A stretch of DNA of 62,212 nt, the filler included, from Jimgerdemannia flammicorona (Eukaryota), in NCBI GenBank assembly GCA_003990765.1. It is 3 parts of 3 records of this genome, joined end to end, with 100 filler letters (N's around TTAATTAATTAA, not from the genome) between each part and the next. Parts side by side here need not be neighbours in the genome. Positions count along the whole stretch, not along the records: positions 1 to 20,674 come from RBNJ01001617.1; positions 20,775 to 41,444 come from RBNJ01001619.1; 1 more part is not named here. One strand, written 5' to 3'. Below the pieces are notes generated by a model. That model was given only the letters and a program-made list of their open reading frames with translations, had not been told where the DNA came from and did not search any database. The translations under genes were made by a program, and so were the position numbers. Below, piece after piece: positions 12,201 to 22,929 of this stretch (the stretch's first letter is position 1; each line of letters begins with the position of its first letter).

Positions 12201-12840
12201 GCGGCACCAGTGGCGGCGACAATGGCATGGCGTGCTCGATAATCATCTGTCGTCCGTATGTCTCCATACTGCCCATGTTTGAGTACGTGAAGTAGGGCGT
12301 TCCCGTCGGCGTCATTATTGGTGGCGACGGCAGTATGTTGTCATATGAAGGTTGGTGGTATGGCCAGGGTGGGAGCGCCGCGATCGGTGGGTATGCTAGC
12401 TCGGAAGGCGGTGGCGTCGGCAGAGGCGGCGGTGGTGGCGGCGGATAGTGATAGCATCCCTGTCCGTAAGGGACCTGGCGGTGAGATGTAATGAGTTGCG
12501 CAATACGACATACACGTGGCCAGTCCTACAGATAAGATCAAAACCTCACCGTATATTGGAACGCGGCGTACGCGTTTGGTTGATAGTGTTCGGGTGGCAC
12601 AACAGTCGGTGGATACAAGATCGGCTGACGCATCATCGCCGTCGTTGTCGTCGTCAGTGGCGGTGGCGGCGGCGGTAGCGGCGGAGGCGGCGGCAACGAC
12701 GATGATGGCGGTTGCTGTGTCTGTGGATGGTTTTGGGTGCTGCTGCTAGTGCCGCCCTCACGCGTCCACACGATGTTTTTGAAGGGAGGTCGCCTCGTCG
12801 TGGAGTACGGACCTGGGCCCTTCTTGACTTGCGGGTACAT
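2729..12840 (-). CDS. Large multi-exon chromatin-reader / amino-DNA-methyltransferase fusion protein (3x Tudor/chromo-barrel, ZZ, ePHD, ZZ, GATA, N6/N4-MTase, KRI motif, degenerate second MTase); start codon uncertain
   Basis: ORF-track pieces 12538-12957, 11206-12315, 7592-11209, 6804-7364, 6600-6785, 6355-6561, 5410-5754, 4605-4835, 4177-4392, 3906-4112, 3629-3937 and 2729-3322 join through canonical GT-AG introns. Splicing between ~3430 and 3660 was not fully resolved. Confidence 0.85.
3326..3395 (-). other. KRI-type helical motif
   Basis: Exon reads EEPLSEYEKLRLKRIQENNRTLLAL followed by G in the next exon. Confidence 0.65.
4006..5470 (-). other. Amino (N6-adenine/N4-cytosine type) DNA methyltransferase catalytic domain, split over about 9 small exons
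   Basis: Spliced sequence: WATHSGTDYHGTWLPQTVRRAILRFT..VLSNFLGRGTDAIE (motif I, FxGxG)..CCGVDINP..QADSRNL..DHILSHPPY (motif IV, 4665-4676)KDCVAYSTHIDGDLSRF..EMTKVVNESWRLLKMGRRLTLGIGDNR. Confidence 0.85.
5740..5915 (-). other. GATA-type zinc finger (intron-split)
   Basis: CSYC-WTESSDRWRKG|YNGVLM-CEGC gives C-x2-C-x17-C-x2-C. Confidence 0.8.
6169..6268. repeat. ~100-nt near-pure A homopolymer (poly-U in an intron of the minus-strand gene)
   Basis: Seen directly. It starts a few nt after the GT donor at 6275-6276. Confidence 0.85.
6277..7550 (-). other. ZZ finger - extended PHD (HC5HC2H-type) - ZZ finger cassette
   Basis: First ZZ: VYCNQC..RYYCTYC..FELCL.CF..HHH. ePHD: ICSFC..WVHDACARYSPEV..KCAYCKEKGATVGC..CSRSFHLPC..FWCPTH. 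Second ZZ: FRCDGC..WHSCIPC..FDLCPDCF..HEH. Confidence 0.85.
7820..9080 (-). other. Three Tudor/chromo-barrel (PHF20/MBT-like) methyl-lysine reader repeats
   Basis: DGKWDEGKL..VRVHFKGYKKDIYDQWI..SRRLR; DKKWYEARL..VRIHYCGVDAFFDEWI..SRRIK; NKEWLAATV..VLVHYEGYPQYFDEWM..SERLR. Confidence 0.8.
9959..10158. repeat. Coding minisatellite, 21-bp unit GTGCACATGTTCGCCTTTGCG x ~9.5, encoding (HVHRKGE)n on the minus strand
   Basis: Tandem repeat seen directly, in frame within ORF 7592-11209. Confidence 0.95.
11920..12058. repeat. Degenerate 15-bp coding repeat (GGCGTTGTCGTRGCC) encoding Thr-rich ATTTP/ATTTS units
   Basis: Seen directly within ORF 11206-12315. Confidence 0.75.
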
Positions 12841-14836
12841 CCCCGGCAGACGCTGCTGATGTTGATATCTTGACGCATCTCGGGGCCCTTGCCATGGTGC
12901 TGCTGGCGGCGGTGTCGGTTGTGGTTGCTTGGAATCTGCGACGGCGATGGAAAACAACTATAAACAACTCCCGAAGGCTGGCGCGGGCGAAGGGGATCCT
13001 TTCAAATACCTTGCCCACCAAGCTGCCATCCAAACGGGGACGACATTCTCTGCAAACTAGATTTTCACAATTTTGAATCTTCGACGCTTTTCCGTGTCTA
13101 TTTCGGGGAGTTTTTGGCGTCAACAATACCGAAGGGAGAAACTCGGCGTCACGTAATAAGGCCCTTCCCTTCCTCCATAACGTACCAATGTGTCTTTGGT
13201 CGCTGAACCCAATATACTGAATAACCTCCCACTGGGAGAAGGAACCCTTTGTTGGAGTTTTTTCTGGAGGAAAAGCCACTTAAAACCGGCTATTTCTTAG
13301 CATGAGACGCGTGTTTTTTTTTTGACAGCATGAGGTTTCCACGCTCCAAAACTCAAAACCTGTTGCGTTAGGACTGTGACTATTCTTGGGACTACTTTGC
13401 CTCGCTGGTTTCCCTTTTCGGAGAAGGTTGTTTGGGTGGCTGGACTCCATCAGAGACAGTTGACCAGAATGGGCATTGTGTGCAGGGGATATACATGTGA
13501 GCCTAAAGTTATATGAGGTGGCCACTTTTAAATCTTACCTCTGGTGGCTTAATATGACTAAAAACAGAGGAAGAAAATAAGATTTTAAAAGTGGCCGCCT
13601 CATATAGCGCCGTCTGAGGCAGCCCCAATCATTGGGCTTTGTGCCTATGCACAAAGCCATGGATTTTCTGCAGTCAAGCAAGCAGAAACAAGGTTGCGCT
13701 TGTGCAATCAAATGTCTCGCGTTTACTATATACCAGCCAATATATGTCGTTACCATGACCCCGACAGTCACATTCGCACGAGTTTGATCGATTGATCGAT
13801 GTTCCGGTGAAACATTAACAAAAAGCCACATGATGCTGGCACGGCGTGAGGTCTCCGTTTGTGCCTTTGTGGAGGGGACAATGTGCCCGATCTGCACACC
13901 TCATCTTAATGTCACCACGGTAATATAGTACAGTCACAGAGTACCCTCTCTCTTACCTCTTCACGAACACGAAGCCAAGGTTTCGACAAATCTCCCATGT
14001 CTTAGATATTCGCCAACCTCCGAATCTTCGGCATATAAATGAGAGGCATGGTATGGAGAACGGTAGGAAGGGGAGGAAAGCATGTTTTGTCGTGTCGATT
14101 ACGAACTAACACCACCACATCACACACATCATTTTCTGGCAAGTGACAAAGTAGTAACCGACATGCGCGCAGACTTGAGTATTTTTTGCGCGTCGCTTCC
14201 TTTTATGTCCTTAACACTCAATGTGGTAGGCAATCTGGTTTCCGCGCGAATATCACATCTCAACGATTCTGGTTCTGGTCGTGCGCTTTCTTTCCAAGCA
14301 GGTATCCGCCGTGAATATTAAAAGGCTATACGACTTCTGTCAGTTATTTGTTTCTGATTAGCTCCGAAACCTGTTCCCCGTTTGATTCACGCACACATTT
14401 ATTGCCACCACGACGCATTTAGCATGAGACACAAAGAACACATCCTCTGGGAACCGTTCGGGATTAGAGCTCGTAAAGCCAGCGTCGCATGGTAAATTGA
14501 TTGTGGTCCAGTTGCTGCACGAGGATGAAGGATGGTGTGGTATTAGCAGCGACAAAGGTGAATGGCCATCGGAGGAAACGGGGAGGGGTTGGTGCATAAA
14601 AATAAAATAATAATAACAAATGAATGAAGCAACTCTAGTATTTGGTAATACAGCAAAACATTGGGGCACTCTTTTAATGCTGTCATTTGCTTTCATTCGC
14701 CACATTAGCAACTCCTCTACCAATTCCAATGGAAAAAACCCCAACAACGAAGGAGGTCCCGTCACCATATCACCTACCAGCCGTCTTTCCTTTTTCTTTA
14801 ATCCACCGTCTCGACCGTGTACACTTCCTCCACTCA

Positions 14837-14997
14837 GACGTTGACCTAGACCGCGCTACATCAACACGTGCTACGAGTGCCTACGTCCAACCCGCTAATC
14901 AGCCCGCACAACCAGAAGCTTGTCGAGCTGCTCGAGCTCCTCGAACGCTATCGCGAGGGCTACAATGCACTGAGCTGTCGTCATATCATCGCCGCAT
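14837..14997 (+). pseudogene. Isolated fragment resembling the N-terminal lyase (8-kDa) domain of a family X DNA polymerase (Pol mu/lambda/Pol4-like)
   Basis: With two 1-nt frameshifts it reads DVDLD/RYINTCYECLRPT/PLISPHNQKLVELLELLERYRE..NALSCRHIIAA, matching the YxCxRPTPL..N..L..L....R......SYxxAI pattern. Confidence 0.5.
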
Positions 14998-15839
14998 GTG
15001 TGGAAAAGGCAAGCGACACGGACCCGCAGATGGATACGGGATGGTACTTAGGGTGGCTGTTCGCCCATCGCCATCGCAGAGGGTGGAATGGGTGACCGGA
15101 TGGTAATGTTCGGGTTACATCCTTGGTAGAACAGAAAATGAATCATAGAAGGCTGGCTTTTGTCGTTTTGATTTTCACCGTCCGCTGGGCATTCATCACA
15201 TATACGCAGTCCTACCCCCGAAAGCACGGAAGCCACGGTAAAAGTTCGTCTCCTTTCCTGTTTTCTCTCGATGAGCGCAACCAAGCATACCAATAGAATA
15301 TCTGACAAAACGCGACATTCTCAATGTGTCCTTTAAGGTCATGATGCTAACCCTATTTTATCGCTCGGATTTATTTTATCAAAAATACACATATACCTTC
15401 CGAAGGCATCGGCCGTAAGATCGGCGAGATTATCAAAATCTACCTCGAGACGAGTTCCATCTCGGAGAACGAGGCCCTCCTTGTTCAATCACATCTTCGG
15501 TGGGTGAGCCAAACGATCGTCTCTGTCCGTAGCCGTATACCATTTTCGGCTCCTCATCCTCTTATCTTTCCTTGGAGTCGGCCAAACCTCGCGAGTATCG
15601 GGAATACGAGCCGCCGGTTCTCGGGGACGCTGAAAAGGCGTCATGTGTTAGCGACATCGGTTTCGCCGGTTTCGCACGAGGCACCTTTTACAGGTTTGGC
15701 GTTCCGTGGAGGTAATACTCTTGGCGTCTTCGTCTGTAGGGGCCTCTTTACTCAATCCAGGAGCGGTGTCGCTCTGCTCGCAGGATGCCACAGATTGTTT
15801 GCAATGATCCTTTTGTCCTGGTGCTTGTGCTGAGGAATC

Positions 15840-16205
15840 TCAGTGCTTCATTTTTCATATCATTGACGCTTTGGTCTACACCGAGTGCATCTGCAAGTAA
15901 TTTCACCATTTTCACGTTCCCTACTGCTCAGAAGAGTGTAGTGGTGCATGTCCTTCGGGATTGCATTCGCACCATATTCACTTGTGAGTAATTTCACCAT
16001 CCCACTTTTGGAGGCAAAGTGCAGCGGTTTATTATCGTCCTCGCCTTTGGCATTTACGTCTGCTTCACCATCTCAACATGCCCATGTATCGCGACATGGT
16101 GCAGAGCGGAATATTTATTTTGTTGCCCTTTGCGTTCGCATCTGCTCCGAATTCAGTTACGAGAACCTTGACTATGGTGGGGTCTCTGTATCCATTCCAG
16201 CGGTG
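15840..16205 (-). pseudogene. Degenerate ankyrin-repeat gene relic
   Basis: IVKVLVTEFGADANAKG/..SALHHVAIHGHVEMVK/..ADVNAKGEDDNKPLHFASKSGMVKLLTSEYGANA/..LF*AVGNVKMVKLLADALGVD, with frameshifts and a stop. Confidence 0.65.
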
Positions 16206-17039
16206 CATCACTTTCGAGCGTGAAAGATACCAACCGCGTCGGTCACGGTTTCACAAACTAGCGTAAAACGGTGGTCGAAACTATCGTCAACCTGGTGATA
16301 TCATACTTCCTTTTCTGGCAATGCATAAGGGAGCCGTTCACATTGGCCGTGAGAAATGCGGAAACTAGGCACAAACACGCGGTATCTCTTGCCTAACGTG
16401 CGTGTGTGTCGTCAGATTTAGGGTGTGATTTCGAACGAGAAAGGTTGGTATAGGTCGCGTGGCTTGTTATAGAGTGTCGGGAATTCTTCGAAGGATTTGC
16501 AAGTTTGGGCTTTGGAAAAATAGAACAATCGACGGAGTGGTATATACGTATCGGGGCATCTACTCTTCCCATTTCCTCGAATTTTGAGCTCATAATTATG
16601 TCCGTGATTTAGGGCAATAAATAGTACTTACGGATCCGAACCGAGACAGTCTACTCCGCAACGGTCGCACCATGCCAAGAGGGGAGGAATTAGAATTAGA
16701 TCTACATCGAGATCTGCGTTGCGTGCCAGGCCGGAATTATTGAGGGAGGGGGGGGGGATGATGCGTAGCGGCGGATAACTGTGTAGGTGTCAATTGGTTT
16801 GTCATCCCCTTCCAAATCGGGGTGTCAGGCCACACCAATGATCTCAATACTTTCTATATACCCTGGCAGGCAGGTATGACACCAAAGAAGCAAAATATTA
16901 TTGGGGTAGGGTCCAGATCAAGATGTCATTTACACGAGACTGTAAGAGAAGGTAAGGTGGCTTGGCGTAATGATCTAGGATATGCTGCAGGCTATGGAAA
17001 AGGAAGAGTGCGGTTTTTCAATGCAATGCACGTGCCGCA

Positions 17040-17079
17040 ATTAGTCACAATTCAAGGCATTAGTCACAATTCAAGGCAT
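17040..17079. repeat. 19-bp tandem duplication (ATTAGTCACAATTCAAGGC)x2 upstream of the TF gene
   Basis: Seen directly, about 110 bp before the ATG at 17186. Confidence 0.85.
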
Positions 17080-17185
17080 AAATAAAACACACTTTGGGCC
17101 GTCGCCCCAAGGTCCCGTCCGAGTCACCGCCACTCCCTCCCTCGCACCCCCGTAAAACCACCCCAGCACAACAGAGCGCGCCACA

Positions 17186-20183
17186 ATGGACTGTGACCAA
17201 AACATGCATACTCCACAGGATAGTGCCCAAGCCTCGCAGACATCAAAGCGCATCCGGATGACCATGGCCTGCGAACGATGCAGGTAAGACAGTCCCCCCC
17301 CAATCCCAACCCACCCACAACCACGCAGTGGGTTTACCCGACTGAATCTCGGCAACTCCCGCGTCTCTAATAAACTGAACATCACTCTCCTTTTCTGGAC
17401 TTGCCGAATTCAGGTCGAAGAAAGGTAACGTCATCGGAACTTACCTCGTTGCCACTGTAGACCCCTGATCCCTCCTTTCGCATCTATTTTTTCTCATTCT
17501 TCTATCCACACTATTTCACAGTTAAGTGCGACTTTGTCCACCCGCAATGCACACGATGCCAGACCGCAAAATCCCCCTGCTCGTATGCGGGAACACCATC
17601 CCAGGTCGACCTGTTCAGCTTCGTACGACTTACCGATACAGTAGAGGTCTTGCAAGATAAAGTTGCCTCCATAGGTATGCCACTCCTTTCTTTTTTTTCT
17701 CTCTTTTTTATTTCTTCCCTCTGCCAATGAGCACACTTCATCCCCTCCACCAACGCTCATCGGTTCCCCCAGAAACGGACATGCGCGACATGCAATCCAA
17801 CACACAACTCATTATAGAGGAACTCCGATCCAAGCGCACCTACCCCTTTGACGACCACAAGCCCATTCACCCCTCCAATCCTCCCCCCCACCTCCCTATG
17901 TACCGCACACCCTCACGTCTCACCTTCGGCGGCCTCACCTCGGACATGGACCCCATGCAGCATAATTGGCAGATCACGCTCACGCAGCGCGGCATCCGCA
18001 TCGACACGAACATCGCCTCCATCCCGGACCTCTACGACATTCTTCTCAAGGGCGTCAACCGCCTCAGCATCCGATCAGATAGCCCCCAGGTTCCTGCTAC
18101 GAAGTCGAAACACCGACCGAACGAAAATCCTGACTCGCCCATCTCCTCGCCGCCATCCGCGCCCGGATCGCCGGAGGACATCGAGAGCGCTGTTGTCGTC
18201 AGGAACTACCCGTTCTGGAAACCATCTACGCTATCCTTTCCGCTATACAATGTCTGGGAGTCTGAGGCAGACCACAGGACATTGTCCCAGGTCGACGCCG
18301 AGCAGATCCCGCAGGAGACTGTCGACCGTCTCATGGACGACTATGTCGACTGCATCCTTGTCATGCAGCTCCCCGACAAGCGAGGCTTTCTCGCACAGTA
18401 CTACAACCGAACCCTCGACCCACTGGTGTCCAACGCCATACTCTCGTGGACCGCGCGACACTCAGCAATCTACCACAATAGGTTCCCGGGGAAGGATCCG
18501 AACACCGTCGGAGAGCATTTTTTCCAGCGCGCAAAGAATCTCCTGAAGGATCGTGTCTTCGAATCAAGCATAGTCACAATTCACGCACTCCTCATGATGT
18601 ACCTCTACCAGGTCGGGAAGATGGGTCCAACACGCCAGGAGACCCAGTCAGAGGCCTACCTTTTCCTTGGCATGGCGAACCGAATGAGTCTCGACCTCAA
18701 GCTTCACCAGCCAAAACCCGACCTTGACCCCATCAGCCAGGAGACCTACCGCCGCTTCTTCTGGACGGGATACTTCCTCGAGCTCCTCGCATCCGCGCAC
18801 ATGGAGAAACCGTCCATCGTGCCCGATCGCGACACCATCACCATCGCTGGATGCCGACCCATGGACCACGAGGACGACGATACGAGGTATAAGGTCGAGT
18901 TCATCTTCCACAGACACAGAATCGCACTCATTTATCGCGACATCACTTTAAATCTCACGAGAGAGGAACCTCTTCTCTCTGCCGTATCAACACTCGACCG
19001 GAAACTCAAGGCGTGGTACCACGAGCTCCCCGCCTATTTCCGATGGCAAATGGGCTCCACGCACGATTTCCGATCTGCCTCGTTCCGCGAACAGTCTTGC
19101 CTGAAGCTCATGTGCGAGTACCATTTCTGTCATCTACAACTGTACCGACCTTTTCTTGCGCCACCGGGGAATACACCTTCGACCATCGCCATCCTGTCGC
19201 AGGATATCTGCATCAAGTCTGCGTCCGCCATTAGCGCCATACTCGAACGATATACACACCTCAAGGCAGACTGGTGCCATTTTACCATCGACGCGTTCGC
19301 GATGGGGTGTCTCGTCCACCAGCACGTCGTCGTCGGGGTCGACAGGAGGAGCGCGGAGGCCTCGAGACTTTGGCTTGTGCGCTCCGTCGCGTTACTCAAA
19401 CGGTGCCCTGTTAGGCATCATAAAGCCGTTAGCTCGCTCGCAAGGTCGGTCGAAGAGTTTTTGGTGCAGCGCGGGATGGACCCGAGGGTAATGAGAGAGA
19501 TGGAGGCAAGGGAGGATCTAGTGGAAGGGTTGGAGAGGGTGGAGAATGATAACGAGGACACTGAGGAAGTTAAGACCGATTATAGGAACATGTTTGGCGG
19601 GTCGGTCGAGAGGTGCGCAAGCTCAACCCCGCCGCTCACATCATCCCCGATACTATTCCCACTACCGCAAACCCCATTACCCGCGTACATGTCAAAGCCG
19701 GCCCCACACCAATCTATCCAAGCACCTCTCCATCTGCAAGGCCCACTCGGCCCACATCCCCTCACAACGATCTCGAGTGCGGATATGTCCCTCCTGCCCT
19801 CGTTCACCCTCCCGACCTTCGACGTGGGCAATCAGCCGTTCTCACAGCAGGCCGTGAACGACATAAGCGCCAACACACCTGCATACTTCCAGTTCGCGGA
19901 CTTCTTGTACACGCCATCGCTCGACCTCGGGATCGATCCCGTGACCGCGGCGGCACACGACACGATATCGATCAACGAGTTGGGATCGAGATCTGGATTG
20001 TCGGCAGAGAATTCATCCATGTCACGCACTTCGGCGGGCCCGCTTAGACATCCGTCTGTATGCCGGAACCCGGTGCCTGTTCAGCCGACGCAGGAGGGCG
20101 GTATGAGAGTGTTCCCGAGCGGGCAGCAGGACCCAGAGGGTCTTTGGACGACAGCAGGGTCGTCAGGGCAGTATTATTTTTGA
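17186..20183 (+). CDS. Zn(II)2Cys6 fungal transcription factor with fungal-specific TF (middle homology) domain
   Basis: Exons 17186-17283, 17414-17424 (11-nt microexon), 17522-17674 and 17773-20183 give ACERCRSKKVKCDFVHPQCTRCQTAKSPCSY. Later: AYLFLGMANRMSLDLKLH..ETYRRFFWTGYFLE. Confidence 0.93.
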
Positions 20184-20674
20184 GGGGATGAGACGGTGAG
20201 AATGGAGTAAAAAGTGGGATTCGTTGGCTGATAAAAGGGAACAGGACTGCGATATCTCGCTCCCATCCGTCTTACATTCATCCCTGAAAATAAGTCCTGG
20301 AATCCGAGATGCCAAAAAAGCAAAACAAAAACAAAAAAAAAAAAAATACAGCATCATTTCTCGTTTATCATCACCTCCGCATTGATGATACGTGCACCTT
20401 CCTGGTCCCGAGTAGGACCGTTGTACATAGTTTTTTTTTTTTTATGTTCGGAATTATGTATCACTCACTCCCTGCCTTTGTTTTAGAACATCCTTGATGG
20501 ATATTAGACCACACCATCGGGCATTAGCAATATACATTTCCACATATGACTTTCAATTCTATGAGATAGAGATGAAGCTGGGTCGTGTCGAGAAAGTATG
20601 CTCAATCGCTCAAGGATTTCCTGATGATCCCTATCGACCAATGTGGACGTAAGCTTTCCTTGTGCTCTTTCCCT

Positions 20675-20774
20675 NNNNNNNNNNNNNNNNNNNNNNNNNN
20701 NNNNNNNNNNNNNNNNNNTTAATTAATTAANNNNNNNNNNNNNNNNNNNNNNNNNNNNNNNNNNNNNNNNNNNN
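20675..20774. other. Assembly gap with artificial TTAATTAATTAA linker
   Basis: 44 N + TTAATTAATTAA + 44 N, identical to the second gap. Confidence 0.97.
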
Positions 20775-20815
20775 ATAAAGGAAAAAGTCTGAGTGACTAT
20801 AAAAAAAAAAAAAAA
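20775..20815 (+). mobile_element. 3' tail of LINE copy 1 (cut by the gap)
   Basis: ATAAAG..AAGTCTGAGTGACTAT(A)15 matches the 3' ends of the other LINE copies. Confidence 0.7.
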
Positions 20816-20858
20816 CTGTACATTTAACTCTTCTTTTTATATATAGACTCAAATATAT

Positions 20859-22929
20859 TATAATGGTGATCTCAGAATGATGACATCAGAGACAGCAATT
20901 CCCCACAAGCCACCAGATCAAAGCACAAGATGATAATATAGTATGACTTACCCAGGCTACAAGATGAGTAATGATGACCAACTATGAGTCATTGTGATTA
21001 CAGTACAGGCATCTTGGGGAATATAAAAGAAGGATCAAGGAACCACAGTAGCAGCAATGCAATAAGACCCACTAATCCCAAAATAGCTCAAAGACTTACT
21101 ATAAATGAAACACCTGCTGATTGCCAAACCTCAAGGTCAAGGAACCAACCAGACACCTCAGTCAAAGAAAGGATATTGTAAGACATCAGAAGAGCCATGA
21201 GAATCTTTACAAGAAGGACTCCTAGTCTCAACCTGGGTACTAGAGATCCTTATCACTTTATTCTCTACTACTATGAAATGGAAACAAGAATCACCATTGC
21301 TACTGAATACCTCCAGATATAGCAGGAGTACAAAATAGGAAACCTTCTCTGCTGGGAGTTTCCACAGGCCAGCCCTCAAGAGTTACAAGATGCCACTTCT
21401 ATAGATATATGTGAAATAAGGACAGCTAAGAAGATTCATCAGATCTTCAGACATGCACCATAGTTAATCCCCAACTTAGAGTATATTAGAGTCTCAGACT
21501 TCAGAGATCTATCAGTCTGCTATATCAATGCACTAGAAGCTAGGGTGGCTATAGAAGTCCAGTCCACTATCACCCCCAATATTGATGAAGTAAAATACTT
21601 CTGGTATCCCATCCTCCAGGATAACCCAGATCAATTCCTGCAAGAATTGATCTCAGTATTCAAAGGCCCAAGCATCCAGATTAGACCTCTCTAAGACCCC
21701 ACATTTGTTCCCTATTTTGTAGAAGAAAACCTCATAGACTGGAGAGCCCCAGACCTCCTTGTTCCCACCACCACCAAATGTGATGATATTATCAGTGATG
21801 ACATCATTCCATGCAATATATATGAAACAAGCAACCTATGTAATGAGACTGAATTATCTTTTGGATAGCAGTAGAGAATTGGCTGGGTGTGGAGAGGAGA
21901 CCAGATAGAGAGAGAGGTCACTGAGAGGATTTGAAATATCAGCTAGTGGGTGGTGTAGGCAATGGTTGGCTCACTGTAGGGTGGGTTTTAGCAGTGTGGA
22001 TAGGGCTGGCTAGACATTGGCTCATTGTTTTTGGGGAAGGGTGGCAGATGGGTTTACAGAAGAAGTTGTTAAGATGAGAAGGGTTGATGGGGGATCTGCT
22101 GACTGGGTGGTGGGTGGGTTGGGGTTCCCAGGGTGGTAAACATCGTCACCTGGTGGAAGGAATCTGCAAACAGAGTGGTGGGCAGGTGGAGATGGTGTTA
22201 GACAAAGTGGTCTTTCATCGAGTGGAGGTGGGAGGGGGGGGGCCCCCTAGGGGGATTGGATAGGGTTGGGTATTATGCATTATTTAGATGATAGACAGTG
22301 TTTAATAAAGAGAGAAGTCTGAGGGACTATAAAAAAAAAAAAAAAATGAGACTGAAATGTTTGTAGATCTCATTTACTTCAGTAATGATGAGGATGAAGC
22401 CCCTATGGTCCTGAACATTCATCTCTAAAAGTCCCTCAGTTACACTGAATTGTGCCAATATTCTTTTCCTGTATAACAGCTATTCCTCCACTGGTATTCT
22501 GATCTTGTGTAACTCAGAATTATTCCAGCACCCTTTTTCTGTATCACTGAAATTATACCAGTATCCTGAATCTGTGCTACTATCTGTGCTGACACTGAAA
22601 CTTAGCAGCTTTCTGTATTCTAGTATTTTATTTAGTTATTGAAATTTATATTTAGCTTTATATCTTAGCAACTATTGAATTATACTTTGAATAAATACTT
22701 TTCTTATTTCCTTTGAAATAAAGTTAGTCTACTCAGAACAATATATACAATTCCTTGCAAGCAATCTAAAGAGATAACAAGATAGTTAAAGATAAGAAGT
22801 TTGAGGACTATTAGATCTTGAGAAGGCACTCCAATAAGAACTTACTTATAACAAACTTAAGTTAGTCTAAGAGATACATCTTGAAGAGAATCTGACATAT
22901 TTGAAGGACTCAGTGACCACTACATGACA
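20859..22929 (+). repeat. 5' LTR of element A (~1.57 kb without the LINE insert)
   Basis: Aligns from TATAATGGTG onward with 34483 and ends ..CATGACA just before the PBS-like TGG. Confidence 0.85.
21854..22344 (+). mobile_element. 5'-truncated LINE copy 2 in the 5' LTR of A
   Basis: ORF2 C-terminus plus poly(A). TSD AATGAGACTGAA at 21842-21853 and 22345-22356. The empty site is visible in the 3' LTR near 35453. Confidence 0.92.

Noticed and set aside
7663..12749. Many long plus-strand and alternate-frame ORFs overlapping the MTase-reader gene
   Set aside because: They are shadows of GC-rich coding sequence and repeats, with no recognisable motifs.
12758..14768. ORFs of 80-170 aa upstream of the MTase-reader gene
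   Set aside because: I could find no domain motifs or consistent splice pattern, so this was treated as promoter/intergenic DNA.
20719..20730. TTAATTAATTAA palindrome repeated at 41489-41500
   Set aside because: It is a six-frame-stop scaffolding linker embedded in Ns, an assembly artefact. It also means adjacency of the genic and TE blocks is not proven.
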